Assembly: GCA_030649345.1 (NCBI GenBank)
Contig: JAUSKK010000030.1
Location: 1-15,479, forward strand
DNA from: Candidatus Iainarchaeum sp.
GTDB taxonomy: Archaea > Iainarchaeota > Iainarchaeia > Iainarchaeales > 0-14-0-20-34-12
Direction: 5' to 3'
DNA: 15,479 nt
The notes beneath the pieces are model-generated. The model was not told where the DNA came from and did not search any database. It worked only from the letters and a program-made list of their open reading frames with translations. Position 1 is the stretch's first letter; every line of letters starts with the position of its first letter. Of the stretch, positions 13,541 through 15,479 are shown one piece after another. A program made the position numbers and the translations under genes.

Positions 13541-14488
13541 TCACTGTCCTGATCTGAATACTTGGATAAAGTTTTTTACTTTAGTTGTAACTGTGGCTGC
13601 TGATTTGAAGACTGCAAAGTAAAACATTCCAATGTTAAGCAATGTCATTAGAACTAGCCCAATGGCTGTTGACAGTAAACCAATTATTGCAATGCCTGCA
13701 AATTCTTCTGCCACTAAATTAATTGCAATTAACAAAATAACGTCCATGATTGGCATTAGTAAAGCAATTCCAATTAAGTTCAGCAATAACATTCCGTAAG
13801 ACCGCAGTGGTTCTATGAAATAGAAAAATATTGCAATAGGGAACAACATGATTCCCATTATGATTATTGCTTGTCTAAAATACAAACTAATTACTGCAGG
13901 AATAATTGAAAGCGCAAGAAAAATTAACCAAATAATATTTAACGGATTCAAGTCAACATTTAGAATGCTTTCTAATCCATTGTTCCAAAGTGCCTGTGTT
14001 ACGCCTGAACTTAATGCTACAATTAATGAGTACCATAAAAGTGAAGTGTTTACAATAGCTAAAATGATTAATGTGTGTTTGAGCCATTCTTTTGCACTGG
14101 CTCTTTGTTCTGCGTCATATGAACCCATTAAGAATTTTGCACCAGTCAAAAAGAACAATAAAACATAAAATGAAGAAATAATTCCAACGATTAAAAACCA
14201 ATAACTTGAGTACTTGAAAACATCCACTGCAGGCAATAAGAATGTTTTTACAATGCCAAGTAATGGATTTACAAAGCCTACGAGTAAACTAGAGATAAAT
14301 CCAGTAAATGCACCTACTATTGCATTAGGTAAACTTGTAAAAAATTCTGCAATTCCATTCAATAAAGGGCCAAAATCTAATGGTGCTGGCGGTGGTGGTT
14401 GGGGTGGAGGCGTAGTATCTGTGCTAGTTGCAAAGGCATTCAGAGTGAATAAAACCATTGCAAACAAAATGAGTATTTTTTTGTTCAT
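13541..14488 (-). CDS. VirB6/TrbL/CedA-like polytopic membrane protein
   Basis: Signal peptide (..LNAFA|TS), Pro-rich linker TTPPPQPPPPAP (nt ~14381-14410), then about 7 TM helices. It sits between the pilin-like and PrgI-like genes. The call rests on topology and context only. Confidence 0.55.
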   Translation of the reverse strand: MNKKILILFAMVLFTLNAFATSTDTTPPPQPPPPAPLDFGPLLNGIAEFFTSLPNAIVGAFTGFISSLLVGFVNPLLGIVKTFLLPAVDVFKYSSYWFLIVGIISSFYVLLFFLTGAKFLMGSYDAEQRASAKEWLKHTLIILAIVNTSLLWYSLIVALSSGVTQALWNNGLESILNVDLNPLNIIWLIFLALSIIPAVISLYFRQAIIIMGIMLFPIAIFFYFIEPLRSYGMLLLNLIGIALLMPIMDVILLIAINLVAEEFAGIAIIGLLSTAIGLVLMTLLNIGMFYFAVFKSAATVTTKVKNFIQVFRSGQ

Positions 14489-14506
14489 AACAATCTTTTA
14501 ATGTTG

Positions 14507-14556
14507 GGAAAGGGCACTGTATTAGAGCTCAGGAGGAGGGTTTCAGCACCCTTTCC
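14507..14556 (-). other. GC-rich intercistronic stem-loop between the pilin-like and VirB6-like genes
   Basis: GGAAAGGG (14507-14514) pairs with CCCTTTCC (14549-14556). A 2-nt mismatch is followed by CTG/CAG (14517-19 with 14544-46). The loop contains AGGAGGAGGG. GTTGGG direct repeats flank the structure (14503-08 and 14557-62). Confidence 0.45.
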
Positions 14557-14570
14557 GTTGGGTAGTTTTT

Positions 14571-14909
14571 TCAGGCATTCAAATAACTTACAAGTGCTGG
14601 AGCAACCCAAACTACTGCCATTCCAATGATTGCATAGGACAGCATTTGTTTTGCACCTTCTCTAGCCTGCAAGTTATCCCCTGAAAACATAAACTTCACA
14701 CCAGCAAACGTAATCACAATTACAGCCAAAATTGAAACAATTGCTTTAACCAAATCATAAATTCGATTCAATGGTTCCGTAATTGCACTTACGCTAGTTT
14801 GCTCTAAAGCAAATACCGGGCTACTGTAAAATGACATTAACAGAAACACTGCCATGATCAGTATCGTTGTATTTGCAAACTTTTTCACTTCAACCAATTC
14901 TCTTAGCAT
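14571..14909 (-). CDS. VirB2/TrbC/CedA1-like pilin precursor
   Basis: 112 aa. Signal peptide with an A-x-A-like site (PVFA|LEQ after residue 34). The mature ~78 aa form two hydrophobic helices (about res 49-75 and 88-109) joined by the polar loop SGDNLQAREGAKQ. It is the first gene of the operon. Confidence 0.6.
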   Translation of the reverse strand: MLRELVEVKKFANTTILIMAVFLLMSFYSSPVFALEQTSVSAITEPLNRIYDLVKAIVSILAVIVITFAGVKFMFSGDNLQAREGAKQMLSYAIIGMAVVWVAPALVSYLNA

Positions 14910-14931
14910 ACAAACATAGTCCTTAAAGAAC

Positions 14932-14964
14932 TATAAAAAGAAAATAGATGGAAATTCTATGGAA
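14932..14964 (-). promoter_or_regulatory. Promoter of the pilin operon: TATA box plus upstream palindrome
   Basis: TTTTTATA (minus-strand reading of 14932-14939) is centred 26.5 nt from the ATG at 14909. TTCTATGGAA (14955-14964) is centred 50.5 nt from it. Confidence 0.55.
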
Positions 14965-14994
14965 AGAAAATAGTATACTGGTTATGAACTGAAC

Positions 14995-15402
14995 TTAAAT
15001 CTTACAAATATTAAGTGGTAAACGCCGAAGGATTCCAGCAATATTGCCAATAGAAGCAACTGTAAATACAAATCCACAAATAAGTGCGATAAACGCCATA
15101 ATAAAAATAATTTTTTCAGTTTTTCTTTCTTTGACGAATTTAAATTGGATAATTGCAAATGGCCACAAAGAAAAAATTGTGAACTTTATTAGCAAAGACG
15201 TCAGTAGCCCAAAATTATTTATTAAAATGATCCATAAAAAAGTTTGCTCAGATCCACCGCAATATTTAATTCCTAAAAAGGTGGTAATTAGATCAACTAG
15301 ATTTGCAAAAATACAAAATCGCATAAACTGTGGAAAGAACTCCTCACAAAGCACGATATAATGGAGAAGTCCTGTTTTCAGTTCAGCTAATAATTTCTTC
15401 AT
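14995..15402 (-). CDS. Small polytopic membrane protein (about 4 TM), possibly DUF5658-like
   Basis: Hydrophobic 135-aa ORF. ANLVDLITTFLGIKYCGGSE weakly recalls the D...T...G..E motif of DUF5658. It lies directly upstream of the pilin operon promoter. Confidence 0.4.
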   Translation of the reverse strand: MKKLLAELKTGLLHYIVLCEEFFPQFMRFCIFANLVDLITTFLGIKYCGGSEQTFLWIILINNFGLLTSLLIKFTIFSLWPFAIIQFKFVKERKTEKIIFIMAFIALICGFVFTVASIGNIAGILRRLPLNICKI

Positions 15403-15479
15403 TTCAAGTTATAATAAATATTTATTCAAATCTTACTTCTTTAAGGTTATTTTTGATGGCAAGTTTAATTTGATCAAAT

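Noticed and set aside
13811-13825. TTCTAT-GAA-ATAGAA inverted repeat and TTCTATTGAA (7038-7047), both resembling the TTCTATRGAA site
   Set aside because: Both lie inside CDSs, lack the shared flanks (RTATA, AATTTC), and are not at a promoter-like distance from any start codon.
13848-14501. Plus-strand ORFs 13848-14168 and 14214-14501, including a GAGGGGWGGG run
   Set aside because: They are antisense to the VirB6-like gene. The Gly run is simply the complement of the Pro-rich linker PPPQPPPPAP.
15044-15361. 105-aa plus-strand ORF inside the last membrane-protein gene
   Set aside because: It is an antisense shadow ORF.
1-15479. CRISPR arrays, rRNA or tRNA genes, IS elements, integrase or relaxase genes
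   Set aside because: I searched by eye for regularly spaced repeats, GC-rich structured RNA genes and recombinase or relaxase motifs in the six-frame translations, and found none in this window.

Overview
This is an AT-rich window of roughly one-third G+C by eye. It contains no rRNA, tRNA, CRISPR array, integrase, transposase or relaxase that I can see. The regulatory grammar looks archaeal. Four first-in-operon genes have a TATA-like box centred 25.5-26.5 nt upstream of the ATG, which implies leaderless mRNAs. Internal operon genes use GGTG/GGAG-type SD sequences or ATGA/GTGA overlaps. A TrmB-type regulator and an Arch_ATPase-type AAA+ protein are also present. I therefore read the window as a small-genome archaeon (DPANN-like) or an archaeal plasmid or integrated element, but this is inference only.

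Left part (1-6200): a partial ACT-domain gene, a class II Fic/DOC AMPylase, an MscS channel with otsA-otsB (trehalose synthesis), and an AbiEii/AbiEi toxin-antitoxin pair in inverted gene order. Two 104-nt direct copies of an unexplained non-coding element (1261-1364 and 6097-6200, 79/104 identical) sit just upstream of the fic and abiE promoters.

Right part (6700-15400): what I consider the interesting system, a compact conjugation/T4SS-related or Ced/Ted-like locus on the minus strand. It encodes:
- a VirB2/TrbC-like pilin;
- a VirB6-like polytopic protein;
- a PrgI/VirB3-like anchor fused to the first ~200 aa of a VirB4 N-domain;
- the rest of VirB4 as a separate 747-aa protein carrying an extra C-terminal PD-(D/E)xK-like nuclease-type domain;
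- a translationally coupled Arch_ATPase AAA+/wHTH protein;
- a TrmB regulator and an untracked 46-aa RHH protein.

The two VirB4 halves are separated by an opposite-strand cassette of three small paralogous HTH proteins plus a DUF4145-like protein. Both T4SS-like operons carry the same palindrome, TTCTATRGAA, exactly 50.5 nt upstream of their ATG. The same palindrome lies inside both 104-nt elements. All protein family calls come from motif recognition by eye and need HMM and structure searches.
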